Part shown: positions 41,169 through 54,115 of the stretch, in pieces | Layout of the letters: each line of letters opens with the position of its first letter | Position numbering within the stretch: the stretch's first letter is position 1 | DNA from: Paraspadella gotoi | Taxonomy: Eukaryota; Animalia; Chaetognatha | Reading direction: 5' to 3' | Length of the DNA stretch: 64,000 nt | Assembly: GCA_051294375.1 (NCBI GenBank) | Contig: CM119265.1 | Span: 12,203,866 to 12,267,865 of the forward strand | The notes under the pieces: generated by a model | Seen by the model: only the letters and a program-made list of their open reading frames with translations | The model's database searches: none | Told to the model about the DNA's origin: nothing | Position numbers and translations under genes: made by a program

Positions 41169-42299
41169 GAGAGTGAGAGAGTGAGAGTGAGAGAGCGAGT
41201 GGGTGAATATACGATGAAGGAAGTGTATGATTGACATCTAAACGCAAATTGTGCTTATATTTCAAAATGCTTAAGATTTATGATAACTGCATTGGGTGAG
41301 CAGAAATAACTGAAAGTAAATGAATAAAATCATATTTAAGAGATACCAAAATATCACGGTGAAGAAACAAATTTTTTGCTCACCCAAAACTCAATTTTTC
41401 TGCCCGCCTTCGGTGAAATATTTTCATTTATGATTGTTTTGTTATATTTTTTTCATTAATTTTTTATTAAACCTTTCCCTTTAATTTCGTTTCTGAACTT
41501 GTGTTTCGAGCCTAACTGAAATTGCTAGTCATTCACAAAAACGATGGGAATTATAAAATATCTATTCCAAATCAAATAGAAGCTGGTCGATTGTAAAGAA
41601 CGATAATTTAAACTGGTAACGAAAAAATCCACGGCGAAACTTAAAAAAAAAAACAACTCGTGTTTCATTAAGGTAAAAAATGATTGACTTGATACTAGAA
41701 CTGGGTAATTTTATAGACGAGAATATTATGGTACAGGCGGTATGGTTAACAGGCAATTCGAATCCGTACCGTTTTTTGACTGGCATTTTTCAATTCGATC
41801 ATTTTATTTAGGGGAATAAAGAGTTACTACTGTAGTTGGCAATAAAGTGAATTTCTGTTTCACTAATGTCGTTATTTTTCAGAAAATAAAGACATCATTC
41901 GCGATCGCCTGTTTACAAGGTGATCATAATAAAAAAACACGAAGAATACAAAACGTTTTCGGGAACAACTGAAGCGAGTAAAGTTTACAGCGTGTACGAA
42001 CTTTCACTGTAAAAACACGAACAAGAATGAAATTAGAAAAAGGTTCAATTTTTTTCGTTGCCTCGAAAAATGAAAATAAACCTTCTTCGCTTTGTAATTT
42101 TGTTAAAATGAAAGCGTCTATTGACTAATTGCTAGAGTACTTGGGAGTAAACACGTTTTGAGTTTAGTAAACATCGCAATTCAAGTGAGTCTCAGAAAAA
42201 AAAAATTTTCTCGCAATCTTCGAAAAAAATTTTTGTTTGCGGTTACTGACGATGTCGTTGCCATGGAGATTGATCGATTCGACGAAACCCATCGAAAGA

Positions 42300-45200
42300 T
42301 CAATAAACGGAGTGCCACCTGGCGATGGCGCTCTTGGCGTTAACCATGTCTTGCCAGTGTTCTCGCTCGTCGCCGAGAGCCTCCGGCCCCAATTCAATGC
42401 GGCCGATCATCTGCTTTTGACCCAAGAGGGCGTTGTCGATTACGGCGACCTGTGGTGATTCGTGGAGAAGAAAAGACAATATAGGGTGATCTATTTGGAG
42501 ATGTTTGCAACATTTATCTTTAAACGACCCTATTGTATTTATCTTTTTTTTTCACATCCCTTCTTTTTTTTTTTTTTAAATGTTTTATTTCCAAATACTC
42601 TACTGTAACGAATTTTTCTGAATAATCGCCAAAAAAATTACGGACAATGGTATGGTTTTATTTGTAGAGTGGCAAAATGGGAATTTTTTTGCCTCGACGA
42701 TTTCCTTCCTATAAATCTTCACAAAAGCCGCTCACCTCCAGACAGACGTTGGGGAGAAACTCTTTCCCCAGTTGAAAGACGAGCGCCTCGTTGAAGGCCG
42801 GGTTCAGGGTATTCGTCTTTGTAGAAGTCTTTTTCTTTTTCAGTCTCTTTCCCGCGAAACTCAGCGACACCTGTGGATAAATATAGAAAGGGGGTGAGAA
42901 TGAGGGAGAATGGAACAGGAATGAGCAGGTCATTTGGTTGAGGGAATTGGGGTGAAAAGAAAGCGGTTCGATGACAATGGACGTATGATACAAGTTTATG
43001 TTTGAGAAAATTAAAAGAAATCATATAATTCTTAAGGAAATTAACTGAAAAAAATGAAAAAGGCGCCACTTTCATTTTTTGAGTACAAAAGGACTAAACT
43101 ACATTAGAAAATGTTACTTGAACGTCAAAGATAATTAAGCGGAAGTAAGTGCGAGAAAAAAAAACCGAGCGCCGGCAATAACGACCTAAAAGGGAGACGA
43201 GTTAACGACCATTCAACCGGAAATAGAAACTGACGCGTGAAAACGTTAGCCTCGTTTTAATATCCGGGTTGACAAGAGAAAATTATTCGCACCGACCCTC
43301 ACCTTGACGTAAGGATCCGCCGATGGCTTTTCCTCCTCGATCGGCTTCAAGTTTCGCGCTTTCATGACAACCACAGTGAGACGCTCGGCGCTCTGGAAGG
43401 GGCGTGGCCGAGTGTGGGTAGTTTGTGGGGAAAGTATGGGGAGATACGTATGGAAAGGAGGTCAATTTTGTTAAAGGTTAAACTCTGGCGACTCAAATTG
43501 ACCTCGGTCAGTTGGATAACATTGGTCACAAAGTTTTGTTTTTTTTCGTATTTATAAAACTGAGGGCGGTCTTTACTTTTAGGAAACTTAGTTACCGGAA
43601 GATAAGCGAGCGAGAACATGACGTCTCCCTTGACGCGCTTCTGCTTCTCGAAGGAGGCGCCGCGATCTTGCAGCGCTAGCGCCTTCCACACGTCGACCTT
43701 GGAGGAAAAGTCGACGCCGCCCAGCGGGATGGTCGCCTGATGGGGAGGGCGCGGTGAGCCTTTCGTGAAATAACATCGAAAACAAGCTGATTTCTTAGCG
43801 TCGGGTTCGTATAAAGGGCAACCCGGCGCCATGGCAAATTCAAGAAAAATCAGTGCCGCCCTCTGGCTGAAAGCAACAATATCCTTAATTGACAGTTTCT
43901 CCTTAAAATCCCATTTTCTCTCTGATCTCTCATCCAGCAACCACCAACTGCTCATAATGCAACTATATCTTATTTTCTTTCCCATTTAAGTATCCATTTT
44001 CAAACACCAACAATTATCGCTCCAACACAAACACCAACCTTCCCTATCACCAATCCTCCCTCAAATCACCGGTTCGACCCCAAATCACCAATCCTCCCTC
44101 GAATCACCGGTCCGACCCCAAATCACCAACCTCCATCAAATCACCGTCCGACCCCAAATCACCAACCCTCCTCAAATCACCGTCCGACCCCAAATCACCA
44201 ACCCTCCCTCAAATCACCGGTCCAGCCCCAAATCACCAACCCTCCTCAAATCACCGGTCCGACCCCAAATCACCAACCTCCCTCAAAAATCACGGTCCGA
44301 CCCCAAATCACCAACCCTCCCTCAAATCACCGGTCCGACCCCAAATCACCTGTCCGATGCACTCGTCCCTCGAGTATTGATCGTAGTCATAGACGAGGAT
44401 CTCCAACGTCTTCGTGTGGATGTCGGCGGCGGCGACGTCGAAGGCAAACTCCTCCTCCCACGCCGGGTCGGTCGTGCCGCGCCGGGTCCGAGACTGGAGC
44501 TGAGGGCGCCGACCCGGGAGCAGCGCCAAGCGGCAGTAGGGCGAGGCCGTTCCTGGAATGATTTTGAGGGAGTCGAAAGGTCGTAAGGGGGGGCGGGAAG
44601 GGGAGTTTGAAAAGAGAAGGGTGGAAAGAAAACTTGAGTTAACGTCAGAGAGAAATACAGAGTCCATCAAACAGATTTACTGACAGACACATAGACAGAG
44701 TGACAGTTAGACAGCCACAAAGAAAGTCGCACAAAGAAACAGAAACAAAGACGAACAGGAAGAAAGAAAGATAGAGACATTAAAAGCCAAATAACGAAAA
44801 TGAGAAAATGACAGACAGAGAGATAGACTAACAGAAAACAGAATAAATCCCATACCAGAAAAGTCTCTGGGCACGAGTCCTTGCGCCTCCAGCAGCTTCA
44901 CCGTGAGGACGTTGGTCTCGGCCTCGAATTTGAGGACGACGTGGACGGAGCCGAGATCGACCTCCTCCGCGTGGGAGGCGCCGCTCGCCTCGCTGAAAAA
45001 TGACAGGGGGCGTGGAATTGGGGATTAAAGTAATATAAAAAAAATATTTGTTATTTTTGTTTTTTGTTTGTTTTTAATTTTGTTATCTTTGATTTTCGGT
45101 AGCCGGTTTACGTTTTTGATTATTGGCTTTTTGTTGTGTGCTAATCTTTGTTGTTTTTGCCGATTTATGTCAATTCGTCCACATTGGATAGCCACAGCGT

Positions 45201-48200
45201 CATCGTAGTTAGTCGTTAAGTTTCATTCGTCTAATTGCATTCGATTGCATTTCTTGATATCAGACTCGCTCACTCTTTGTAAATGTTGGGGTCGATCTTT
45301 CCCGTCGCTCCTTTCATCGATTTCGAGCCGAGAGATGGCGCCTTCGTCTTCGCCCTGGTTCCGCAGCCTACCGCCACCACGTCGGAGCAAGTCCGACCGC
45401 CCCCGCTGCCGCCGACGCCGCCCCCGACGCCGCTGGCAACAGGAACGGAAGTGCCGCTGGCCAGAGTGTCGGCGCTGATGAAAAAAACAATTTGAAAATA
45501 AAAGATAGAAATCGATTGTTCAATTTGGGGTGGAAAAAATGGAGATTAAAAAACGTAAAAATGTAAAAGAAAAAAGCTATTAATACTCTTGAATTTTTTA
45601 ACCGTGACTACGCGTTTTTAAATAAATGAAGGAATGCGAAGGAATAATGGAAGAGAAACCTGTGCATTGACGAAGCTCCGTGAGCGTCGCTGAATTCGTC
45701 CTCGCCGCCGCTGCTGTCCACAGATTTGTTCTTTGTCGACTGGAAAGTAAATACGAATCTTAAACATTTATTTACATCGTATAAATAATGTAAAAATTTC
45801 AAGCAATTTCTTGTTTTGTTATATTACATAACATTTCAAAAATCTTAAAAGGTTAAATACATTTTTATATAAATATTTAATTCAATTACGAGCTTGATTT
45901 AATATATTGATACGTCATATGATGTGGAGCGGGGTATCAGTGAAAGTATTTTTTATAATTTGATCGTTTTGATAACTAACTTAGCTATTTTTATAGACAG
46001 TCAACTTGAGATAAAATAGATTGCCTCTAACTTGACCCTGATATTAACCATAACTCAGACCTTGCTCCGTAGCGACAACTCGCTGCTCTGACGCTTGAAT
46101 TCCTCCGGGACCCAAAATTTTCCTACGACGTCATGAGCCGCAGCTGTCTTGCCAGGGTCGATCGCCTGAGGGGGGGGGAAGGAGGAAAGGGGGGAAATTG
46201 AAAATGGGAGTTAAGACAGATAATGTTAAGACAACCAGTGAAACACTAACATATATTTAATATAAGGCAAAAGAAAGAAAAGAAAAAGTAAAAATGAAAA
46301 GAAGAAACGCATGGAAAGCGAACATCTAAAAGAAAAGAAAATTAAAGAAAAGAAAAGAAAATTAAAGAAAAGAAAATTAAAGAAAAGAAAAGAAAAGAAA
46401 AGAAAAGAAAAAAGGAAAAAATAAGGAAAAAAAGTAAGGAATGGCTAAAGGATAGATGATATAAATCTGACGGAGGATCTAGACGTCAAATGGCAAATTA
46501 GAAGAGGAAAAAGTGAAACGCAGAGCTGAAACTATGATAAATGGGAAACGCCATAGAAGATTCGTTATCGTTAATGACGGTGGTTATCGGTTTTTCCGAA
46601 CGAGAAGCGGAAGATTAAAAGAGAGGAAACAAAAAAGGAATAAAAAGAAAAGAGAGACAGCTTTTTTCATGCTCTTCTGTGACGCACGTGACGGGAAAAG
46701 GGCACGTTTCGTTCGAATAACCTTTTTGTCAGAAAAAGACAGAATAAAAGAAATGAGAAACAAAAGGAAATCGATGACGCCCGTGTTTAAAAAAAAATAT
46801 TTTTTAGACAAAGGTGATGCGTAAAATAACTTGCGGACAAAGAGTCGAAAGTCATATTGCTACGACGATGGGTTTTCACGAAAATCAGCCGCAGAAGAGC
46901 ACCCCAAACCATCCCTGTCGAAGGTGACATCAATGAATGACAAATCAAGTGGGCAAAAATGGCAGAACGAGAATGCCAAATCAAGTTGGCGAAAATGAAT
47001 CTGAGAGCGGCACCTGAAACGCTTTATTAAATCTCCCTCGAATCGAACTTTATGATTACGAAAGAGATAATAGGATATTGACAATTCGATCTCATCTCTT
47101 TTTTCCATCTCTCTTCCGATTACGCTGCCAGAATATTAGATAACCACTCCCCCCACTTTCCCCCCCTTTTCGAAAACGTAAGGATCGAATTTCGTCGACC
47201 ACCTGAGTTCTCCCGAGTCTCTCATCTCTAGAGATTAAGCCGCTGGAGATGTCAAGCGGAGAAACCCCGGGGATCAAATGGTCATTTCCCATTGGACTTA
47301 ATCACTTCTTGAGCCAAATCTAGTAACTGGCTCAATTTACCATAAAACTAGAGAGTTCGCCACCGATTATCTCAGAGGCGTTTCACATGCCTCAGACCTT
47401 GCGTTGTATAGATGCTCCCTCTATTTTCAGAAGACAATACTAACAATATTAAATATGAAAGAAAGCAACAAATAATGATAATAATAATCGTCGTACGTGA
47501 GGAATTAGTTATACAGACACCACACACTGGCACAGAAAGAAACATAGTTCGACAGAGAGTCGAAAAAAAAAAAGACCCAAAAAATCTTCAAGAAAGCCCA
47601 CGGCGTCCCTACTCACTTGTATCGCTGTGAGGGGCACGCCGTTACGGCAGTCATCCTTTTGACGCTTGGCGGTGACGCAAGCTTGCCACGAAGTCGCTTC
47701 GGCGACGTCGTCGCTGGCGGCACCCTCGCTGACCACGCCTTCCAGAGAACCGGCGCTCTCGATTGAATCGGCGCCGTCTTGGAAGCAGGCGGCGCGGTCC
47801 GGGTTAGAAGATGACTTCCGGACTGGAGAGGGGTGTGGTGAACAGTAAGTAAATGAATACGATCGAAAATCAAGCAATCAAGCAATCAAGCTTTCGGACA
47901 ATCACCTCGAGAATTGACTGACGGTAAGATGGAGCCGATAGCATTTCCGAGAGATGAAGACAAACTTTTGTGTCTGAAAAAAAAAAGTATTATAGATCCC
48001 GTATCCCCGATGAATTATAATTAATATAAGTTACCTGATGCTGAACAGTTTTCTCAGATTATCTTTGTGGGTTTTGTCTTGTTCAACGTCGTCGCCGCCT
48101 TCGCCGGCGCTTCTCTCTTCCACCGACGCCAACCCTTCAGTCTCGGCGAGGTCCTTTGCAAAAAGTCCCATCATTAATTAATAATTATATAGTTTTTACA

Positions 48201-48601
48201 GCAATACTAACTTTAAAAAAAGACGCGAAAGTTAACTCAAAATCCCTTCTAAACTCAAACCTCCTTAGAGCTCCTCAAACCTTCACTGGTAATAAACATA
48301 ATTTACCAAAATTTGAAGTTAAATGTATAATTGTATATGTTTCTACATTAATTCACTTAAAAATCGCAAAATCGTTTTCTAGCCTAGAAAGGATTCGTTC
48401 CAAACCGGTCCTTACCTTATGACGTTGCGCCTCCAACAAATTCCTCTCGTACCAATTCAATCTGTACTTTTTCGAACAAAAGATGTAAAGGATGAAAGCA
48501 GAGAGTAGGAGACATAAGACGGTGAGACCGACGCAGGCCGCCACCAGAGGCGCGCTCGGCGTCGACCACTTGAAACCGGGAATCGCGTTGGGAGGCGACA
48601 T
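42300..48601 (-). CDS. Synaptotagmin (N-terminal TM, linker, tandem C2A-C2B)
   Basis: TM LVAACVGLTVLCLLLSAFILYIFC then SKKYRLNWYERNLLE; linker FWVPEE and GKIDPNIY; C2A LGSVHVVL..LTVKLLEAQGLVPRDFSGTASPYC..WEEEFAF..LEILVYDYDQYSRDECIGQ; C2B GDVMFSLAYLPSAERLTVVVMKARNL..DPYVKV..KKKKTSTKTNTLNPAFNE..HWQDM..IARWHSV stop. Multi-exon, canonical splice sites. Confidence 0.95.
44046..44349. repeat. Intronic minisatellite, ~38 bp unit (caaatcaccaaccctccctcaaatcaccggtccgacccc), about 8 copies
   Basis: Direct repeats abutting the synaptotagmin C2A exon donor at 44348-44349. Confidence 0.92.
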
Positions 48602-49961
48602 CTTTTTGCGTCGTTAAAATGGTCGCCGCTGTCGTTTGTCGTTTCCGGAGAACTTCCGCTTCGGGATAACTCTGGAATTTTCGGAAAGATGTGATATAAA
48701 AGACAGAAATATTGAACCATTTGACCGAACCCCAATGTATGTTTGTATGCCCGGAAGGGATTGATAGATCGTTTAGTCTTTTCCAAATCTTATCATTTAC
48801 TGGTAGGCTGGTTAATGGGAGGACATTAGTAGTCACTTAAGCAGTTCAGAGAAGAGATATTAAACCTAAAAGTAAAACTTATCCTTCCGTATTCTTGTGA
48901 ACATATAGTCTTCATAATTTCTTCTTTTAAGTCTTCATAAGTCTCACATTTCAGAGAAAAGATATTAGAACTTAATTAATGCTGTAGTTTTTAACGCTTC
49001 TAAAAACCATAGCTCAGGTTTCAGAACATAAAAAATTGAGTTCGTTTCATTGAAAGTAATTTTACGTTTTTAATGGGAAGTATTCGGTAAGTTATATTTT
49101 TTTTAATTTTTCTTTTTTATTTTGTTTTATTATAATTCACTAAACTTCCTCAACTCCTCAAATTTTATTTCTCTGCTCTGACCATATTGTACATCACAAA
49201 GAAGTATTTCAAAACATCCATTGTTTTAAATTAAAGACAAACGTTTTTCAACGTCCATAATAAAATTTTTAAAAAACGAACAAATTCTCAACTTACCGTG
49301 CGTTCTCCCCAAAATTTACAACGTCGCCTTTAAAGTTGGATCTCGTTTTGAAAACATCCTCACGACGGTTTGACGCTCCTGGGATTCCAGATGCGCAACA
49401 TTAAATCTCTTCCTCCTCCCTCGCCTTCCTCCTCATCCTCCTCCCATGCCTCCTCCTTTATCCTCGTCTCCTTCTCAATCCCATTCTTTCCTCTTCCGCC
49501 TCATGCTCTTCCCCGCGCGCCCACGCGTGACGCCGTTACGTCTTCTCTGCTATTTTCCTACGCTTTTTTTTTTCTTCTTCTCTTTCTTTCCTTATCCAGT
49601 TTTCTTTATTTCTCTTTTTCTTTTCTCCTTTGCCTATTTTCGCCTTTCTTTATCTTTTCTTATCTTTTTTTTTTAACTGTCAGACTGTCAGAAAAGGTTT
49701 TTGTCAAGATTACAAATTTTCTTTTACCCCCTTTCACAATGCAGATGTAGGGCACCGACTAAGAGAGAAAATAGGTTACTCGTAGTAAAGAATTGCGTCT
49801 TAAGTCCCTTTTTACAATCACTTTATTTATTTCTCTATTAATAGCCGGAAACGCTCAGTGCCACAAAGATTGCGAACGTGTAAAATCGATCACGTGGTTG
49901 ACCAGTGTCGAAAGGGTGACCGAAGCTATACGAACTCGCGTCGTCATTGCTCGTGCGAATT

Positions 49962-50052
<91 letters not shown>

Positions 50053-50675
50053 GAAAAAGTCTGCCATATGGCGAACGCAGAGCAAGAAACAGGTGGCGCT
50101 GCAGGTGCCGCTTTTAGTTTCGGTCGGACGAGGACGACAACGACGACGACGACGACGATTTAGAAGACGACGCAATTTCGATAAAAAAAATTACTATTAA
50201 TAATGAATACATGTAATTTTCTACTCAGAGAGACGATAACGATTTTCAGTCAACAGCAACAACATAGTCGTTACACATTTTGAAAAACTTTTATAGAGGT
50301 GGTTACTGGTTAGAGATGATTTACATCAGACTAGAACGTGAAGATGGTTCATTACCCTGAATTAAAATTAAAATTCGCAAATTAAAGAACACACATAATC
50401 ACAAAAACTCAGTCGCTTACACACATACACTAAAAAAAAAACAGTTCCGAAAGTTTTCAAAAAACACCGGTACGATACGAAAACCTTCCCGCGATAAGTT
50501 GTTTGCCTATATAGCCTATTGGTCTCTTATATAGGTCTCTTATATAGCCTATAGGTCTCTTTCCGAAATTCGGTGAAGCATCGACAAAACCGTCACATGT
50601 CGTGACTCGTGAGCTTCGACCGTTGGGTGATTATAAGTTTTCTCAGGAAGGAGTCGGCCGTGAGGGAACGGAAAG

Positions 50676-50712
<37 letters not shown>

Positions 50713-50714
50713 AG

Positions 50715-50760
<46 letters not shown>

Positions 50761-52122
50761 AGACTCTGAGTTGGGGATAATTAAGACAATGTGTTTCAAT
50801 TTCAGGGTCATCAAATAAATTAATTAGTTTAAATTAAAGTCACTATGATATGACAACTATTGAGAAACTGATAACTAAATATAACTATATCATATTGCAA
50901 AATCTGTCTGTCTTTCAAAGTTTCCTTGGCATAATTTATCTGATACATGATTAGCATGATTTACATGGTACCATTAAACTGCGGTAACGTGAACATAACG
51001 TCAATGCGGTCTCGTGATCACCAAGAAATGCCAACACGTAATAAGAAAGTCAATGCGGCGCAACACCTTGAAATTGCCTCTTCTTGTTCAATTCGCTAAT
51101 AACAAGTTTCTCGGAGATTTTGTCTTTCCCTCGTTTTCGTTTCCGGGTTTTTCTCCTTCAATTTTAACGGTTGACTCGTCGTTCCTTCCGCCACTTCCGA
51201 GGCGATTTCCCCAAGCCACTTCCGCCGCGCCAATTTCCGCGCGCCACTTCTGCCGCGATAATTTCCGCGCGACATTTTTACCGATGGCCAATACTTCCGT
51301 TCAACTCGAATATGGAAAATCGATCCCTATTCAGTATTCAGTATTCAGTATTCACCTCCCTTCCTTCCCCCCCCCCACTTAGAGGACGCCTCACTTTGCG
51401 ATGACGTACATTTAAGCGGTTTTGGTTTGGGTTCGAGCGGAACTTAATCCCCGGGAATTATCCTGGGGACGTGGGCAGATAAATTAATAAGCGTTGCTGC
51501 AGCAGCCACTAACTGCTCCTTATTCATGGGGTCTCTAGACGCAATAGGCGAGACGGACCACGATTGTTGACCTCCGGATGCTGCTCCTCGTTTGATAATA
51601 CAAGGAAATTAATTAAATTTTAAAATCAAATTGTTGAGCAATTTTTAAAGGGATTAAACTGACAGGTCGGGAGTTCCCGTTTTGCCCGAACTAATTAAAA
51701 CATACTCCTGAATTTGCCCTTGACTTTTGGCCTCCGCCGATTGTTTGTCCTCTAATGACTCGTGGATCAATCCGGGTGATTTCACTTAGACAAATCACGT
51801 GCCAGGATTTTTCTTTTATAGAACTCAGAAGTTTCCTATTTCCCCTTTTTCGTCCATTAGTAATTTACGATTAAATCATTTCTAAAAATGTATCACTCGT
51901 CTGCTCCTATTTCCCTTCACTTGTGAATATCATTTTGACATTATAAGAATAAAAATTGACAATGACAATAAATATTAGAAATTGCTTAAAAATATACATA
52001 ATATGAAATTGGAACAACAAATATATATATAATATTGTTTGTACCAATTTCATAAAAATATTTCACTGCTACCAAACACTACGAACGCAACTCTTCATAT
52101 CGGACTTCCCTTCCCCTCATAG

Positions 52123-52668
52123 CGTAACCGATGAAATCTATGTAACACCCACGGAGCGGAGAGGTCGCTGACGAACAAAAAAAAACAAATGCCAATCAAA
52201 GGCATCTGTCGGCCTTGTCCTTGACATTGAGTCACTAAAAAAGTTAGATAGATACTCTTTTTCTATTCTTAGTAGCCGTCGCTTCCTCTGCCAAGGACGT
52301 CATCGGCGACGCCTGCCGGTCAAACTTATGGGATGACGCAGCGTGCGACCGTGACATTGGTTGAGAGAGTCGACCCGAAGGCGGAGGGGGGACCGCACAG
52401 AGGCTCAAATTATAAGCACCACCCTGCAAAATTCCCTAACTCCTCATTCGCCCCGCCAATCTAGTATACCGGCGGCTGGCGATGCCAGGTGTGAGAAGTG
52501 TTATCTAGTTTTACAAACAACTATACTTTTTACGTTTGTTTTTATATCTACATTAAAAAAAAACGGTCCCACAAATTTTTTAACCAGCTTGAAGTTAATT
52601 TTCAATCATTAATCGACGGGACGCGAACCGTTGACGTGCCAATATTGAGGCGGTTCGCTATCAAATGA
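52123..52668 (+). CDS. Candidate small orphan gene (5' end not found)
   Basis: Four phase-compatible AG..GT segments 52123-52163, 52273-52359, 52465-52490, 52588-52668 separated by ~100 nt introns, reading VTDEIYVTPTERRVAVASSAKDVIGDACRSNLWDDAACDRDIVYRRLAMPGLEVNFQSLIDGTRTVDVPILRRFAIK stop. No recognised homology. Confidence 0.35.
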
Positions 52669-54115
52669 TCCAATCGGCGCGCGTGGGAAAATAGAACGCC
52701 CTGGAAAAAGATAACGACGTTTTCTATTTTTATGTTCGATTAATTCAAGAGGAAAATGAGATTGTACCTAATTTCCTTCCCTCGTAAACAATATAACTTG
52801 ATAACGCGTTTTACTTTGTTTGCAGAATAGTTTAAATCGTCGTGAGTCTTCCATATGCGATTGGCATGGTAGTCTGAGTGCTTTTTTAAAAGTCTATTTA
52901 TGTTTTTTCGTCTTTCATCTTATTAAGCTTTTGTACTTGTAGTTTTCCACTTATCGAATTAAGACGCAAAATACAAAGTTTGAAGATACGACTTAAAACT
53001 GTATTCTTACTGACACTTAATGTTTCGAAGTAAAAGTACAAACGAGACACAGAAAGCGAGGTGCAATTAAAGCGGCAACTGCTGAGTCAAAAAGCACAAT
53101 CATAGCTTTTTCTTAATGCAAAATACAATTAAACTACAACATCGAAAGCTGTCATGGTTATTGGTTAACCCTCCCAAGTCGATTTATTAAAAAAAAAATA
53201 TGATTAAAATCTCAAGACAAAGACGTATTTTCAAGCACAAAAATAAAAAATATGAAAGATATTTTGATATATTTTATCCAATAGAACGTGCAATTCGTAA
53301 GTTTTAGGGTTTGAAAAAGCTTCCTTCACATAATTTTTACGCATATTACTTGATGTATTACAGGGTACTATTTGCCAAGTTAGAACAGAATTACTATGAC
53401 GAAATAATCTAATAAATTCCATGTACCAATGGGATTAAAATCGTGATTTTAGTTTTGTTTTACTATAATTGAGCCCCAGCTTCCGAATGATGACTTGATC
53501 AGCAGAAAGAAATACCTGCTTAATAGAAAACTGTACAACAAATTTTACTAATTTAAGATTCCGCCTCATGAATTAAGTTAAAATATTGTTCCCATAACTC
53601 ATAGAATTTTTATATAGTCGGTTACAACTTTCGAGGTGAAGATTTATTCGCTGTGATTATCCTTCTTGACCACATCTCTTCCTTCTCACCGATTGACTCA
53701 TCGATTTGGACCAACATTGTGCCGAAAAGTGGGTGCGTGCATATTTGATTCGTGTGGTTTTATAAAAAAAACGTACATGTATGTACTTCTACATTGAAAA
53801 TTCGCGAAGTTGGATTGAAAGCGAAAGTTACGTCGTAATAATTATCGCGAGAAACTACTACTATTTGACGCGAATTTCTAAAAAAAACCTTACGTTTAAA
53901 TAAAAATAATGCGTTTTTAAAAATTATACGACTAAATAAATACTTAAAAAAACTTTTATTATTGTCGCGACCACTCGCCAGAGCGTCTCTCATTCTCAAA
54001 GTTCTTTCCGCGCGTGCACTCACGCCGAGGCGCGCCCACCCGTCACACGAGCAGAGCGACGACGCCGCGACGCGAGTCACTCGTCTAAAGACGACGCCGG
54101 GTGACGCCGCTTCTT

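Noticed and set aside
44046-44349. CRISPR-like periodicity
   Set aside because: Eukaryotic intron; no unique spacers and no cas genes, just a minisatellite.
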